A program made the position numbers and the translations under genes. Under the pieces are notes generated by a model. It was not told the DNA's origin and searched no databases. It saw only the letters and a program-made list of their open reading frames with translations. This document shows positions 11,231 through 26,305 of a stretch of 64,000 nucleotides of DNA, in pieces; position 1 is the first letter of the stretch; every line of letters starts with the position of its first letter. Source of the stretch: Eledone cirrhosa (lineage: Eukaryota); the NCBI GenBank assembly GCA_964016885.1, contig OZ024747.1:34534001-34598000 (forward strand), read 5' to 3'.

Positions 11231-13412
11231 GCTCCTTCTGTTAGTTTAGACCAATTAGCTAACGCTGTAGGATATGCACTCCTCCTTCCTATCAAACCAA
11301 CGTAAAACCACGCCACCAATAATCCTGATTCCTCTGTAACCATAACTGAAAAGTGTAGGCTCACATTACCCATTACATAACCATATACGACACTATACTC
11401 TCCTAGAGCAACCTTGTACGACATGACCTGCTTCGGCATCTCACTGTGCACATCTCTTGGGTCCCCCCTGACCTCTGGAAACCCTCACCCGACCCGACCC
11501 CACTCTACATTTCTTTACATGTGGGCCGGGTCGTCATTGTTGGCAATACCTCACCTCATCCTCATTCCCATACTCCGGGGACCCGCATGGGGGTTCCACC
11601 CATAGCATGCGTCTACGACTCTCCCAACAGCACACCAAACCCACGTATGCAACCTTAACTAAGGTAGATCCCCTCCAGTCCACCAATTAGAGCCCTTCAA
11701 GCTTATATTGGCTATTATCCACTTTTCTCTCTTTCATTCTCTCTTATTTTTTGCTTTACGTTAATCATCTTTTATCTTAAGCCAATAACCCATATGGTAC
11801 AACCCACTTAAGGCCTTTTCACTCCACCCAGCACAGTTTGACCCTATACAGGCACCTACCCATAATAACCAATGGGATAAGGTTTATAATAATGCCCATT
11901 GTGCGCTAACTAATAGCACAACATAATAGTATATCGAAAGCCCAACACACTCCGCCACAGCTATAAGGCCGATGGACTGGGCATCTTGGGTCCAGATAGC
12001 CTTAACCATAACATGGTAGATAGATCAAACATAATATAGTGAACAATGGGAGCGGATCGGGTGGACTATGTCCCACATGATCGATCAAACCCGGTAGGGC
12101 TTGAATCGAACAAGGGGTTCGCCCTAATCGTCCCGGGGATATCTAATGAATCCGCGCTTTATGACGCGAGTTGCCTCTCATACTTTTCATAAGCGCACAA
12201 GGACTTCCTGCGTTCGTATTTTAACAACCGTTGGAAGTTACTAATGAGAAGGTAAATATTGAAATTGTGGAATATGAATTGTGCTGCAAATACGATAAAT
12301 TATAAAACCACATTGAAGGCAAAGTGGGACATTTGATATCGACTTCCGCCGACGCAGAAGGGGTTTTATCCGACTGTGAAAGGATTACAATCTCCAGATT
12401 CAGTGATCTACACAAAAACCACGTGGTGGACATGTAACAACAATGTTGTCATAGGTAGTTCTAGCCGTGAGTTTACTATATCTTCTGCCGTACTTGAACA
12501 CACCAGAAGTTTACACTTTTTCTAATAAGCTCGCCTATTAACCTAACCATAACTGATTTCCATTCACTTTGCCTTAGATAATTCCATGGGTGGAGTTTTC
12601 TATATACTCTTTCTGTCTACGAGACTAACTAGCCATTACGAATAGCATTTACTGTAGCAGATTTACATATGTTATGCCACTTTAGGCAGATGCAAACTAG
12701 GCCATACTGTGTATTTCACGTGGGACGTTGGGTTGCGTAACCGAACGTGAAGACAGTGAGAGATAGCAGATATTGGGGACCCGTCTTATTTCCACTTCCT
12801 CCATTGGAGTGCCAGCAGTGGATGTATTCCGCTTTACCTTATTTCACTATATTTTGTTTTGGATTTAAGGTGTTCGTTTCAGACAACCTCTGTGGAGGGA
12901 TCCTCTATGCGTGTATTTGGAAACCTGGTATTATGTCGCCTAATACTTGGAACTAGAACCAATGGATAGAGGGTCGCGGCCGGATATGGAGAAATCAACC
13001 TGTTACAAGGCGATTCTACTGGAATGCACAACTTTTCCTATAAACAACTCTGCCTGTAAAGCTGCACCGCAGCTAACCAACTTTTCTGTTTATTGACTCC
13101 TGCTTACACGCTCTCATACTCTGCCTGTAAATCATGTACTTGCACTGCTTCTGAATTGATGTATCTATGCTTGGTTTGTATTTTAACATGCTGAGTAACA
13201 CACTCATTCATGTTTTGCTGTCCTCTCTCAACCTCCTTATGATCTATTGCACCATTTATGTGATTATCTTTTGACGTAATTTTTTATGATGTAATTTATT
13301 TTTTATGACATTATATGTATCATTTATTGTGTTGCCCCCTACTTGTCCTTCTTCTTTGTTCTGGTGACTAGGCTCGATGAGCCTGCAACCTCTGATATAC
13401 TTTTGTTTATAG

Positions 13413-13457
13413 GCTCTGATGATTCCTGCCCTAGGCTATGGATGAAACACTGTTAGC
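13413..13457 (+). ncRNA. Minimal hammerhead in PLE2 3' end (mirror copy 9253-9297, minus)
   Basis: gct CTGATGA t-tcc...gga-t GAAAC ACT GTT agc. Core conserved in both arms. Confidence 0.75.
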
Positions 13458-13516
13458 AACTACAACATTGCATTTCTAAGCATTCTTTGGTTATTCCTAA
13501 ACTTATATATATATAT

Positions 13517-13690
13517 TGTTATACTTTGGGAGGGTCATGTTGCCAATAAGAAACACACGCACCAGTTGCTTTCACTTCAATTTATTATAATAAATTTATA
13601 ATAAATTTATAAATTTATAAATTTCTGGTTGGTTGGTTGGTTCCACAATCAGGAAACTTTGGCACCTATCGTAAGTTTCCTGATTTAGAT
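13517..13690. repeat. Left part of the TGT..ACA MITE-like family
   Basis: First ~130 nt match 57182-57310. Confidence 0.55.
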
Positions 13691-13959
13691 TGGTATTATG
13701 AACATTCGACAAAGTTACATTTGACATCGTATTTAAATTTACGGAATCTAGCCTAGAGTTAACATTGACGTCAGGCTTACTATTGTTATTATTATGACGC
13801 TCAGTGTTGGATGGATATGATTTATTACTTAATATTTAAATATTATAAAATACATGGAACTCTTTTAACTATCTTTTGATTTTATAATATTTATACTCCA
13901 GTCCTATAACCTGTTGAGTTTCAATTCCTTCTATAAATAATACTGGGTCACTTGCTAAT

Positions 13960-15470
13960 AACTCTGGTAATTTCTCTAATCGTAATTGCAATTGCCCTAT
14001 TAGAACTAAATGTCCTCTTATTAACCAATGCCTTGATAAAAATTTAGTGTATCAATGTAAGGTTATAACTGGTACTAATTCTTTTACCTATTTTGGTTCC
14101 ACTTCCACTTCCTTTAAGGCAAGATTTTATGATCACAATTCTTCTTTTAAATACCAACTTAAAAGAACTATCACAGCACTCTCAGACCTCATATGGTCCT
14201 TAAATGACAAACATATTAACTACAACAATTATTGGAGAAAGGTTTGCAACGCCTCTCCATACCTTAATTCTTCCCTATCCAGAACATGTAATCTCTGCCT
14301 AGCGGAGAAATTTACCATTATCTCAATATTTAATTCTATAATAAATAGACGTACGGATTTATTTTCGCTCTGTTTGCATAAATCCCATAGCACTTTCCAT
14401 AAAGTATACAGCTAATCTCTTACTACTTAATTAGTTTCAAATCTTTTTTTCTCAAACTCTTTTATATTTTTTACAAATATACCCATCTTTCTACCTTATT
14501 TCAGTATATTATACAATATTGCTCATACTATGTCGTTAGCGGGCCCCTACTTTTCTTCTTTTTTAATTTCTAATCTTTAATCTGCAACATTTACTTCTCA
14601 ATTACTTCTTAATTCATCTTATAGCTCACTATAGCATTTTACTTATATTCTCGGCCATACAAATGTTTATTTTTAATATATACTAATATTACCATTAGAG
14701 GAATTTTGTAAACATTATTTTTTTGACGTTATATATTTTTCTTCGTTGAATTTTTTTCTTTCTTCTCTCCTTCCATGCTCGTATTAAATCTATTATTTAC
14801 TTTTTCCTATTACAATATATAGAAATAAACTTGGACCCTAATTAATTCCTCTAAGTTCATAATTCATTTAACCCCATCTTCATTCACCTTATCTTCTTAG
14901 TATATTTTATTTTAATAATACATTTTAATGAATTCCTTTGTGCACATATTATTAAACCCTTCAATATATAAAACTTAAATACATAGTATACTTAATTCCT
15001 TTTTCTGTAATCATAAGCATCACCATTCATAAACCTCATTAACTTTTAATTTCTTAATTTTTTAAATTATGTATTATCTTACAACAGTTTTTTTTATTTT
15101 TCTCTGAGACAGTATTTCTCGGTATTTAAGGTTATCTCTCTCTCTCACACTCATTTTCTCCTCCTCTCTCATCCTTCCTTCTTATACTCCTCCTCCGTCA
15201 TCCTTTCCTTATTATTATTTTTTTTCTTCTATCTATATTCTTTTTTCCTCTTCCTTACCTTTTCCTTCCCCCCTTCCTTTCCTTTTTTCCAATCTCATAT
15301 ATCCATCTTATTTTATTTTTCATATGTTGATTTAACACTTCACTTCTCGCAAGTGTTTTTTAATCTTCATATCATGTCTCCCTATTTTATCTGATGAAAA
15401 ACGCAAATATCATCCCATGATGATATTTGTTTTTGAAATGCGCATAATAAAATACGTGGAACTCTTTTAT
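13960..15470 (+). mobile_element. 3' fragment of Naiad-type PLE (PLE3): GIY-YIG (~13987-14415), AT-rich 3' UTR, HHR
   Basis: CNCPIRTKCPLINQCL..VYQCKV..YFGSTSTSFKARFYDH..CNLCLAEK..INRR..CLHK. Ends in (TA)n. Confidence 0.85.
15383..15454 (+). ncRNA. Type I hammerhead ribozyme
   Basis: tattttat CTGATGA aaaa..caaatatcatc-ccat-gatgatatttg.tttt GAAA TGCGC ATA ataaaata. 8-bp stem I, palindromic stem III, AUA triplet. Confidence 0.85.
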
Positions 15471-15638
15471 ATTATATATATATATATATATATATATTTA
15501 AAAGTTAAACAAGGTTCAATGAATAAATCAAAGTATGAGTTTTACAATAGATTGGAAGCACTCAACAAAGTTTGGTTTTCCAGAGATATTAATATTAATT
15601 CAAAATATTAACAAAATAGATATTCTTGTGATCAAGTA

Positions 15639-15705
15639 TATTTTATTATACATATTTCAGAAGTACTGAGTTAACTTCAGCAGTACGTCCTCAACAGATA
15701 AAATA
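15639..15705 (-). ncRNA. Hammerhead with mutated core (CTGTTGA) in a minus-strand PLE 3' remnant starting ~15497
   Basis: tattttat CTGTTGA gga-cgtactg..cagtac-ttct GAAA tatgta TA ataaaata. Confidence 0.55.
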
Positions 15706-16279
15706 AGATGATGCATGACATACCCTGACATAGTAGATGGTTAAGATTCAGTCATGGTAGTGAATAATATATGACAAAACTCAATATTTATATACCTTAA
15801 TATTGAGAACATGAGAAAAATATATACTACATACAATAGAGAGGGTGCGTGTGAGAGAGCTTAAAAAGTACTTGGCATCAATATAACTGTTAAATAATTT
15901 AAATTACTGTAGAAAGAGGAAAGAAAAGAAAAGCATAGAGGAAGAAACAGATGAGGGGATAATATAGTTAGTAGGGGCTTAGAAAAACAAAAGAGAGTTG
16001 ATTACAGAGAGAGAGATACAGAGGAATAACTTATGTTCAAGTCTTTAGACAATTATCCATATATACAATATATATCTAAACATATCTGGTTGACCGTTAA
16101 TATTCAAAATATTTAATTTAAGTTAGTTCAGTGTAATAATAATATTTTCACTTCCATGTTTCCCTATAAATATCTGTTTCTGTTACTTAGCTTCCTATAC
16201 ACTTTATTTCATAATTATCAACTATTCTCCCTTTTCTACTTTATATTTCCCTCTTTTACCCCGAACATGCAAATTAACT

Positions 16280-16544
<265 letters not shown>

Positions 16545-16579
16545 GGGGTGTATTTGTGTAAGTGTTGTATATATACATA

Positions 16580-17455
16580 CGAGGTGTGTCTGAAAAGTTC
16601 CAGGACTGATGTCACAAAAGATTTATTTCAATGCCAAATTTCACACAAAGAGTTTTCTCCTTCAAAGTAATCCTCCTGGTGTATGTAACTGTAATCTTAG
16701 CTCTCTGCAGCGATCACACATTTTTCTTCATAATTTTATATACATACTCTCTGTCTCAGGTCGTCAAGCAATGAGCACAGAGCATCGAACACACTTGAAG
16801 TTTCTGGTACGGTTGGGGAAAAAGGTGTATGGAGATGAAACGATGTCACACTCACGTGTTTTTGAGTGGTGCAAGAGGTTTAAAGAAGGACGCGAGGACG
16901 TGGAAGGTGACCCCAGGAGTGGAAGGCCCTCAACAACCAGGACTAAGGTCAACATTGAGCGCGTCAGGCAGATGGTGCGTAGCGATCGTCGGCTGACTGT
17001 TCGACTGTTGGCAAATGATCTGGACATGAATCGTGACAGCGTCTGGAAGATTCTCACTGAAGATTTGGACATGCGGAAAGTCTGCGCGAAGATGGTGCCA
17101 CAACTGCTGAACGATGACCAGAAGGGTCAACGCATGCAAGTGTGCCAGGAGATCCTCGACCGTCGTGAAACCGCACCAGACTTGCTAGGGACAGTCATCA
17201 CCGGTGATGAGTCAAGGGGGTCATCAAGGGGACACGTTTTGAAGACATGAACGACATCAAAAAGGCCGTGACGACGGAACTGCGGAGGATCCCGGAAGAA
17301 TCCTTCCAGCAGTGCATGCAAGCGTTGCAGAAAATGATGGAAAAATGCATTAGACTTCAGGAGGATTACTTTGAAGGGGAAAACTCTTAGTGTGAAGTTT
17401 GGGTTTGAAATAAATCTTTTGTGCATCAGTCCTGGAACTTTTCTGACACAACTCG
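16580..17455 (+). mobile_element. Internally deleted mariner (Tc1/mariner) DNA transposon
   Basis: ~50-bp TIRs cgaggtgtgtctgaaaagttccaggactgatg.. / ..catcagtcctggaacttttctgacacaactcg, TA duplication on both sides. Transposase motifs VFEWCKRFKEG, RSGRP, MRKVCAKMVP, ITGDES are joined directly to the C-terminal KGTRFED..DYFEG. Confidence 0.95.
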
Positions 17456-17537
17456 TATATATATAGAGAGAGAGAAAGAGAATTAGTATATTTACCAACA
17501 TATACGTACAGATGTACACTAATGCTAGCAAATACAT

Positions 17538-18086
17538 AAGTTATGTCATAGTACCTAGGTGGTTCTATGCAGGGGGATGCAGAACAATTATATGAAAGAC
17601 GTAAAATAAGAAAATTTTAAAAAATTAAAAATTAACTTACTTTCTAAAATTTTCACTCCAACTAATTAGTTTCTGTAATGGGATAAATATAGTTACGCAA
17701 TGTAACTATCGAGAATTCATTACGTCATCAGGGAGTCTATTCTCAGCTAAGTTCCCAGGCGATGCGCGGACACTAGGAACTCATATAAAAATAATAATTC
17801 AGTGGATGGAACAGCTAGCGGGGACTAAATTCCATAGCACTGAAAAAGTTCACTGTCTCTGGTCAAGTGGCAGATTCTAAAGAATCAATCACGTGACACT
17901 GAGGCTAGTCAGTAGGAGTGGGGTGGTATTATGACGTAATGAATTGGGGTGGTAGTATGACGTAATGAATTCTCGATAGTTACATTGCGTAACTATATTT
18001 ATCCCATTACAGAAACTAATTAGTTGGAGTGAAAATGTTAGTAAGTAAGTTAATTTTTAATTTTTAAAATTTTCTTATTTTACGTC

Positions 18087-18094
<8 letters not shown>
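17538..18094 (-). mobile_element. Fold-back HHR-bearing PLE-type remnant (arms 17590-17729 and ~17958-18094)
   Basis: ~140-bp inverted arms around a ~230-bp spacer, with a ~26-bp duplicated junction at 17920-17971. Right end in (TA)n. Left boundary is inferred. Confidence 0.7.
17655..17736 (-). ncRNA. Type I hammerhead ribozyme
   Basis: actcc CTGATGA c-gtaatg...cattac-a GAAAC TAATTA GTT ggagt. 5-bp stem I, extended stem II, palindromic stem III. Confidence 0.85.
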
Positions 18095-18140
<46 letters not shown>

Positions 18141-18142
<2 letters not shown>

Positions 18143-19412
18143 CATCATCGTTTAACGTCCATCTTCCACGCTAGTATGGGTTAGACGTGTTTATCCCACT
18201 TGAGGCAAAATTGATCGGGTGACCGTGTCTCGATCGTATAGAACTCTTTCTGGCTGGTTTTCTACGGCTGGATGCTATTCCTAACGTCAACCACATTTAC
18301 AGTGTGGACTGGGAGACATTTTACCGTGTCTCCTACACGACCACTGTACAGTGTTGACTGGGTACCTTTTATCGTGTCACGTACACGATCACTTTACAGT
18401 ATTGATTGGATATTCTGTGATACCAACATCAATTTACAGAGAAAGGGTGGTGTCGGCGGAAGTGTGAGGATGGAGTAGGGTGTGTGCGAGGGGTTGTATA
18501 TTGGGTTAAGAGGTGTATATTGACTGTACGTTTAAGTTCGTACGTAAGGGAAGGCGGGTCTTCTGTATTACTGCATGGATCACGATCCAGTGACATTCTC
18601 TTAGAGAAGTGTAAGTGTGAAAGGTCAGTTTTTATAACCTCGTACCAGGTTTTTCTGGGTCTACCTACTCCGTAGCTTCCATCAATTTTAATCACCCTGC
18701 AGTTTTTTTTATACAAATGTCGTCCTTCATACGCATCACATGACCATACGAATGTAATCTCCTCTCAAGTAGACTGCATCTGATCCTTCTTAATCGTAAT
18801 GTCACTCTTAGTATGTTAACGTGTTATTACTTTTAGTATACTGTACGTGTATATTACTTTTACACATCCATCGGAACATGCATGTTTCCTTCCTTTCCAA
18901 TCTGCGCAGATCCTCAGCACAGAATGCCCATGTCTCACTGCCATGTAACATTGCTCTTCTTATACAAACATCATACTATCTGCCTTTCATTTTTAGAGAG
19001 AAACCTTTTGTGCACAACAGTGGTATTAGCTCTTTGGGCTTTTCCCATCCAGTTCTAACTCTGGCTACTGTACTTTCAGAATATTCTCCTCCACTGGTGA
19101 TTTTGTCACCCAGGTAACGGAAAGTGTCCACTATTTCTATAGAACCATCTGGGCAGTTAAAGGAACTAGTATCCAATGGGCACTTGCTAATTACTTCACC
19201 TGAGCGTCGGCCACAAATTAAAATATACATTCTTAGATAGCTTGCCTGTGATCCCACTACATCTTTTATGTACCCATAGTTTCCATTTGGGACATAGAAT
19301 GGAAAGTCTACCTACTGCTTATAACCTTGTCCCTATTTTCCTTTCTACATACAATAATTTAGTCTTAGACAAGTTAACGATAATGCCTTTTGAGCCTAGG
19401 CCATGCTTCCAT
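18141..19412 (-). mobile_element. Degenerate 3' part of an RTE-clade LINE with (ATG)n tail
   Basis: VDTFRYLGD..ARVRTGW, LHGSETW, GHVMRM, GRPRKTW, with a Cys-rich WVHKRC..CG segment upstream. 3' end ..gacgttaaacgatgatgat. Confidence 0.8.
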
Positions 19413-19432
19413 GTTTATATATATATATATAT

Positions 19433-20119
<687 letters not shown>

Positions 20120-20133
20120 ATATATATACACAG

Positions 20134-20168
<35 letters not shown>

Positions 20169-20726
20169 CTGTGTGTATGTGTGTTTGTGCATGTGTTTGT
20201 GTGTATGTGTGTGTATGTGTGTATGTGTATGTGTGTGCGCGTGTACAAACATCTAAATATATACTGAGTAATCTCTAGGAGCTAAGGCATTTACTTAGCT
20301 GCAAAATTCTCTCGAGAGAAATGTAATTAGTTGCAATATATTAGAAGATAACGAGTCTGTGCTAAACTAATAAATATTGTGAAAAATAATGATGTTGACA
20401 AAGTTGTTGATAACGATGATGATGACGATGATAGGGAGGATAATAAAGATGTTGGTGATGATAATGATAACGATGCTGCTGTTGGTTATTATGATGATAT
20501 TATGATGATGATGATGATGTTAACAATGAAAAGCATGGTGGCGTTTGGTGACAAATTTTTGAAGAAAGGGGAAATGTATTAATAACAATAATATCCTTGA
20601 TAATTAAGGGAGTGTGTGCAGTTACTGCAATTACTGATAAGCAATTCGATGTTAGTTATCTTCTTCAGTGATAACTAAAAATACTGAAAACAGAATAATC
20701 TACTTCGATGAAATGATAAAGTCATC

Positions 20727-20847
<121 letters not shown>

Positions 20848-21589
20848 CATACATATATACATACATATATAAATATATATATATATATAAATATATATAC
20901 ACATATCTCTTATGCTTCCTGTTCTCTACGTTACGCTATGTATATTTGTATTTATGTTTTTATATTTAGCTACTATTAGTTAAACGTGAAGGTGATTTGA
21001 GAATATGTCTTTAATTTTGCGTTACATTACTCACCAACGAATCCCTCACACTGCTGCAATAATTGTCTTTGTCTTGCTGCATATGGGATTCAAATATTTA
21101 TCTGTTCTATGTAGGCTTCATATTCCGAGAGTCAGATCTGATATATAATACAATAAAAAATATGTTAATGTCATAACTATCTGGCGTGTGAGAAAATATG
21201 TTAATGTCATAACTATCAGGCGTGTGAGAACGGCAATCACATATTTTCTAATATTTTAAACGCCATCTGTGGACTTTCAGTACTGAGACAACTATAAGCA
21301 ATAAGTTACACAGTGCTTCGCATACAAGTTCTGCAAGAGATGTGTACGGTTAACTGTTACGAATAAACATTTAATTGAGACATTTCATATAGAATATGTA
21401 TATCAGATATCACTTAATCTTATCTCAGTGACATGGGCTTAACTTTGGTGGATGAAAATTCAGAAACGTGTGCTTGCCGTTCTTACATGACTACTAGGAC
21501 AGTTGTGACACGATCGAAGCTTAAAATATTCATAACAAAGCGAGTGTATGTTTCTTATAGATAAACGTATTGTATATGTCTTCATATAT

Positions 21590-22540
21590 ATACTACACGG
21601 TGTCAAGGCACAGAACTGAAACTTATTGATGACATGAATCCTCAGTTCTGTCTTCAAACACCAAATATTTGCACACTTGCGCAAGTAGAATTGTTGACCT
21701 TGATTCATAGAAACCTATCGGAGAAATGAGGAGATGGTCCATGTTAGTTTTATTAACCTGTTGGATTTTTCGTTGCTTCGGTGTCGTGGCTGCCTGCCAC
21801 AGTTTTCAATTTGTCATGCCGTCTAACGAATGTTATTACTCTGCGATTCCTCATGGAGTGCTTGGCTGACTAAAATCCTGATTGTATCTCGTAGGCTTTG
21901 GCTACAGCCGAAGCTTCGATTTTACTAAACTTCCATTTGTATTATTATCTCCTAGGTCTAATATTTAATTAATTAATTTAATTAAACAATTCCATTGATT
22001 GATTAATTATTTATGTTTATTTAATAACGCCTGGTCGAGTGCTTCTCATTCGGTTTGTGCAGGGAACACACTTCTCTTGTTCACGTTTTCCATTTGCCCG
22101 CCTAAAACCCAGGGTTATATCTTTTGTCGGGAAAGAGAACGTGATAGTTGAGGCATTAGCCGCTGCTAAAATCAATGGCTTACTACTTCATACCACACCG
22201 GGTCAAGGCACAGAGCGGAAACCTGTTGATAACAAGAATCCTTAGTTCGGTCTTCAAACACCAAAAACATGCACACATGCACAAGTAGGATTGTTGACTT
22301 TGGATTATATCGGAGAAATGACGATCTGCCTCCGAGAAGGTACAGGGTTGTTTTATTAACCTGTTGGTTTTTTTCGTTGCTTCTATGTCATGGCTAGGCT
22401 TCCTGGCCAGAGTTTACAATTTGTCATGCCGTCTAACGAATGTTACTCCTCTGAGCTTACTCATGGAATGCTTGGCTGCCTAAATTCCTGATTGTATCTC
22501 GATGGCTTCGCTACAGACGAAGTTTAGATTTTACTAACCA
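21590..22540. repeat. Diverged direct repeat, ~340 bp, period ~600 bp (~21590-21930 and ~22190-22540)
   Basis: Shared blocks gtcaaggcacaga, gtcttcaaacaccaaa, ttttattaacctgttgg, caatttgtcatgccgtctaacgaatgtta, tcctgattgtatctcg, gattttactaa. Confidence 0.75.
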
Positions 22541-22551
22541 TCCATTTATAT

Positions 22552-22622
<71 letters not shown>

Positions 22623-22625
<3 letters not shown>

Positions 22626-25600
22626 AACGAGTAGGACCCCGACCGCTGAGCTCAAGCCGTTTCGACGGCTAATTCTGGACTGAATGAAAATGTTTATCCT
22701 GGTACATGAATAGCCGAGCTTCTCAGGGGGTAATTCCATATATAGTAGAAGTGATTGTCACAAGGATTGGTCAAAAGTTTGTTGTTGAGAAACATAATTC
22801 TATCATGGCATCTTGTGGAAGGAAGGGGTAGCTGAACATGCCAGTAGAAGAAAGAGGGAGAGGGAGTGGAGGAAACCCAATCGTGCGTTGATAGTGCCAA
22901 CTACAGCAGGATCCTAAGGATAAAAGGTCAAGAAAGTATACTAGGAAGCACAGGGGGAGGAAGTCGAAACAATAAATAAATCAATATGGCGTAAATATAT
23001 AGAAGAATAATAAGAATGATTAAAATATAAAAAAAACAATTTCTGGTTACTATTCCCTTACCACAATCATCAAGTCTCTCACTGGTACTGCCAAACTATA
23101 GAAAAGTTTAGTAGGTGGGACGGAATACTAAATACGAGATTGTAGTGAAAGAATTTTATGAGTTCAAATCTATCTTACAGTGACAGGTCAACTAGTAGGG
23201 GGCCAAAATACTAAAGAAACTACTACGAAATAATAGTTCAGAGTCCCGAAACTAATACGAAATAATAATTCAGAATCCCGAAAATGAATACTAATACGAT
23301 ATATAAGAGTGCCGCTACCATACATAAATTCTAATACAAACTGCATCAATGCTCATACGATATATATGAAAAATTTGATACGAAAAATTAATTCAGAATC
23401 CCCCCCCCCCCCACAAAAAAAAATACTGATATACGAGAAACTAAAGAAGATATACCACTAAGAAATCTAGAAAGCACGGAAATGGGGCAGCAATCGGATA
23501 AGAAAGCAAGTATCTGGGTCCTATGACATCTGCTATAAAAAGCGCAGTCGGCCAATTCTATCATAGAGTAGGGGATGGGGGTGGGGGTACTGAGGCTACA
23601 AAGGACCGACGGGCTGCTTCGGGGTGGACGAGAAAGTGAAAAGGACGACAACAAAGAAGAGAACTGGGGTGGAAAGACTAGGAAGGGATGTGGGGAAGAA
23701 GGAAATATAGAGGAAACGATAAAAAATATATAAGAAAATCTTACGTCTACCTTTGCAAGCAGGGTTACTCATTACAAAGTCGGCAAGTGGGGTGTTAGAG
23801 CCTTTGTAAACCCCCCCCCCCCCGGGTCATTATGGGGTTTGAGGGCGAGGTAAGTCCTACGCAATCTGTGTTTGCATGCAGTTACCAGTTCGTCTTTCTT
23901 GTTTAGGAGTTGGTCCGTCAAAAACAACATTTGTGATGTTTCCTCCGAGCCTAAATTACACGGACGGCGTCCTCCCGTGTAAGAGTTGGCTCTGGACAGT
24001 AAGCTCCAAGTGAGATCATAGGTTATATTGTTATCTTTGAGGTCCCAGATGTGGTCCGAAAGTGTGGTGGCGTGACGCCGGGTCGAGTTTCGGAAAGTAT
24101 GTCTGTGTTGGTATAGCCGGGTCTTGAAGTCACAAGCGGTTAATCCTATATAAGCTTTGTTGTAGGTGTCCGTCCTCACGTTGCACTGGTAGATCACATT
24201 ACGATCTCTGGTTAAAAAAAAACCTGGTTAAAAACATCTACCTCCGCATATCTCGTTTGTCCGCTAATCAGCAGATATTCGAGGAACATGCGCCTTATTA
24301 CAACCAGGCCCTCAAGCGGAGTGGCTTCCGGGAGGAACTATCCTACTCTCCAGCTTCCAATAGCGGGGCCAGCAGGCGACACCGCCGCTCACGCAACGTA
24401 ACATGGTTCAATCCTCCCCACAACGCCGAGGTGACAACACCTATCGCGAAAATCTTCTTTAGTCTCATCGAAAAACACTTCCCACTACAACACCACTACC
24501 ACAACATAATCAACAAAAATACCATCAAACTCTCCTACAGCACCACATCTAACTTTGCACAAAACATCGTCTCCTCTAACAAAAAAATAACTCAACCCCT
24601 ATGGAAGAAATAACCTAAACAGCAATGGAGAGCCAACCAGGAGGTGCAACTGTCCTGATGGATCCATTTGCCCCCTCGACAACAGATGCAGAGATCGTAA
24701 TGTGAACTACCAATCGAACGTGAGGACGGACACCTACAACAAAGCTTATATAGGATTAACTGCTTGTGACTTCAAGACCCGGCTATACCAACACAGACAT
24801 ACTTTCCGAAACCCGACCCGTTGTCACGCCACCACACTTTCGGGCCACATCTGGGACCTCAAAGATAACAATATAACCTATGATCTCACTTGGAGCTTAC
24901 TGTCCAGAGCCAACTCTTACATGGGAGGACGCCGTCCGTGTAATTTAGTCTCGGAGGAAACATGACAAATGCTGTCTCGACGGACCAACTCCTAAACAAG
25001 AAAGACGAACTGGTACCTGCATGCAAACACAGATTGCGTAGGACTTACCTCGCCCTCAAACCCCATAATGACCCGGGGAGGGGAGGGGGTAGACAAGGCC
25101 TCTAACACCCCACTTGCCGAATTTGTAATGCGTAACCCCTGCTTGCGTAAGATTTTCTTATATGCTTTTTATCGTTTCCTCTATATTTCCTTCTTCCCCA
25201 CATCCCTTCCTAGTCTTTCCACTCATTTCGCCTTCTTTGTCGTCGTCCTTTTCACTTTCTCGCCCACCCCGAGGTAGCCCTTCGGTCCTTTGTAGCCTCA
25301 GTACCCCCACCCCATCCCCTATTATATAATATAATTGGCCGACTCCGCTTTTTATAGCAGATGTGATAGACTCCAGATACTTGCTTTCTTATCCGATTGC
25401 TGCCCCATTTCCGTGCTTTCTAGATTTCTTAGTGGTATCTCTGCTTTAGTTTCTCGTATATCAGTATTTTTAGGGTTGGTGTGGGGGGGTGGGGGATTCT
25501 GAATAAATGTTTCGTATCAAATTTTTCATATATATCGTACGAGAATTTATGTAGTTCGTATTGGAATGTATGTATGGTAGCGGCACTCTTATATATCGTA

Positions 25601-26305
25601 TTATTATTTCGTAGTAGTTTCTTTAGTATTTTGGCCCCCTGCTTGTTGACCTGTCACTGTAAGATAGATTTGGGCGATTACTACTAACTCATAAAATTCT
25701 TTCACTACAATCTCGTATTTAGTATTCCGTCCCACATAGTAAACTTTTCTATAGTTTGGCAGTACCACTGAGAGACTTGACGATTGCGGTAAGGGAATAG
25801 TAACCAGAAATTGTGCTTTTTTAATATTTTTAACATTCTTCTTCTTCTTCTATATATTTACTCCATATTGAATTACTTTTTGTCTCGACTTCCTCCCCCT
25901 GCTCCTCCCTAGTAAACTTTCTTGACCTCTTATCCTTAGGATCCTGCTGTAGTTGGCACTATCAATGCACGACTGGGTTTCCTCCACTCCCTCTCCCCCT
26001 TTCTTCTACTGGCAAGTTAAGCTACCCCTTCCACAAAATGCCATGATAGAATTATGTGTCTCAACAACAAACTTTTGACCAATCCTTGTGACAATCAGTT
26101 TTACCATATATCGAATTACTCCCTGAGAAGCTAGGCTATTCATGTACCAGGATAAACATTTTCATTTAGTCCAGAATTAGCCGTCGAAACGGCTTGAGCT
26201 CAGCCGTCGGCGTCCTACTCGTTCCTATTACCCACTCTACTACCCTAAGTATTGAGTACTTTGGTGCGTTATGGTCCATTTGTTTCCTTACCACGTTTAC
26301 TTCGT

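Larger units (their letters stand above)
9190..13506 (+). mobile_element. 5'-truncated degenerate Naiad-type PLE (PLE2) with inverted 5' arm (~9200-9590 vs ~13110-13506) and ~2.3 kb 3' region
   Basis: Inverted terminal arms with HHRs. Internal RT and GIY-YIG fragments. The right end runs into (TA)n. Confidence 0.85.
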
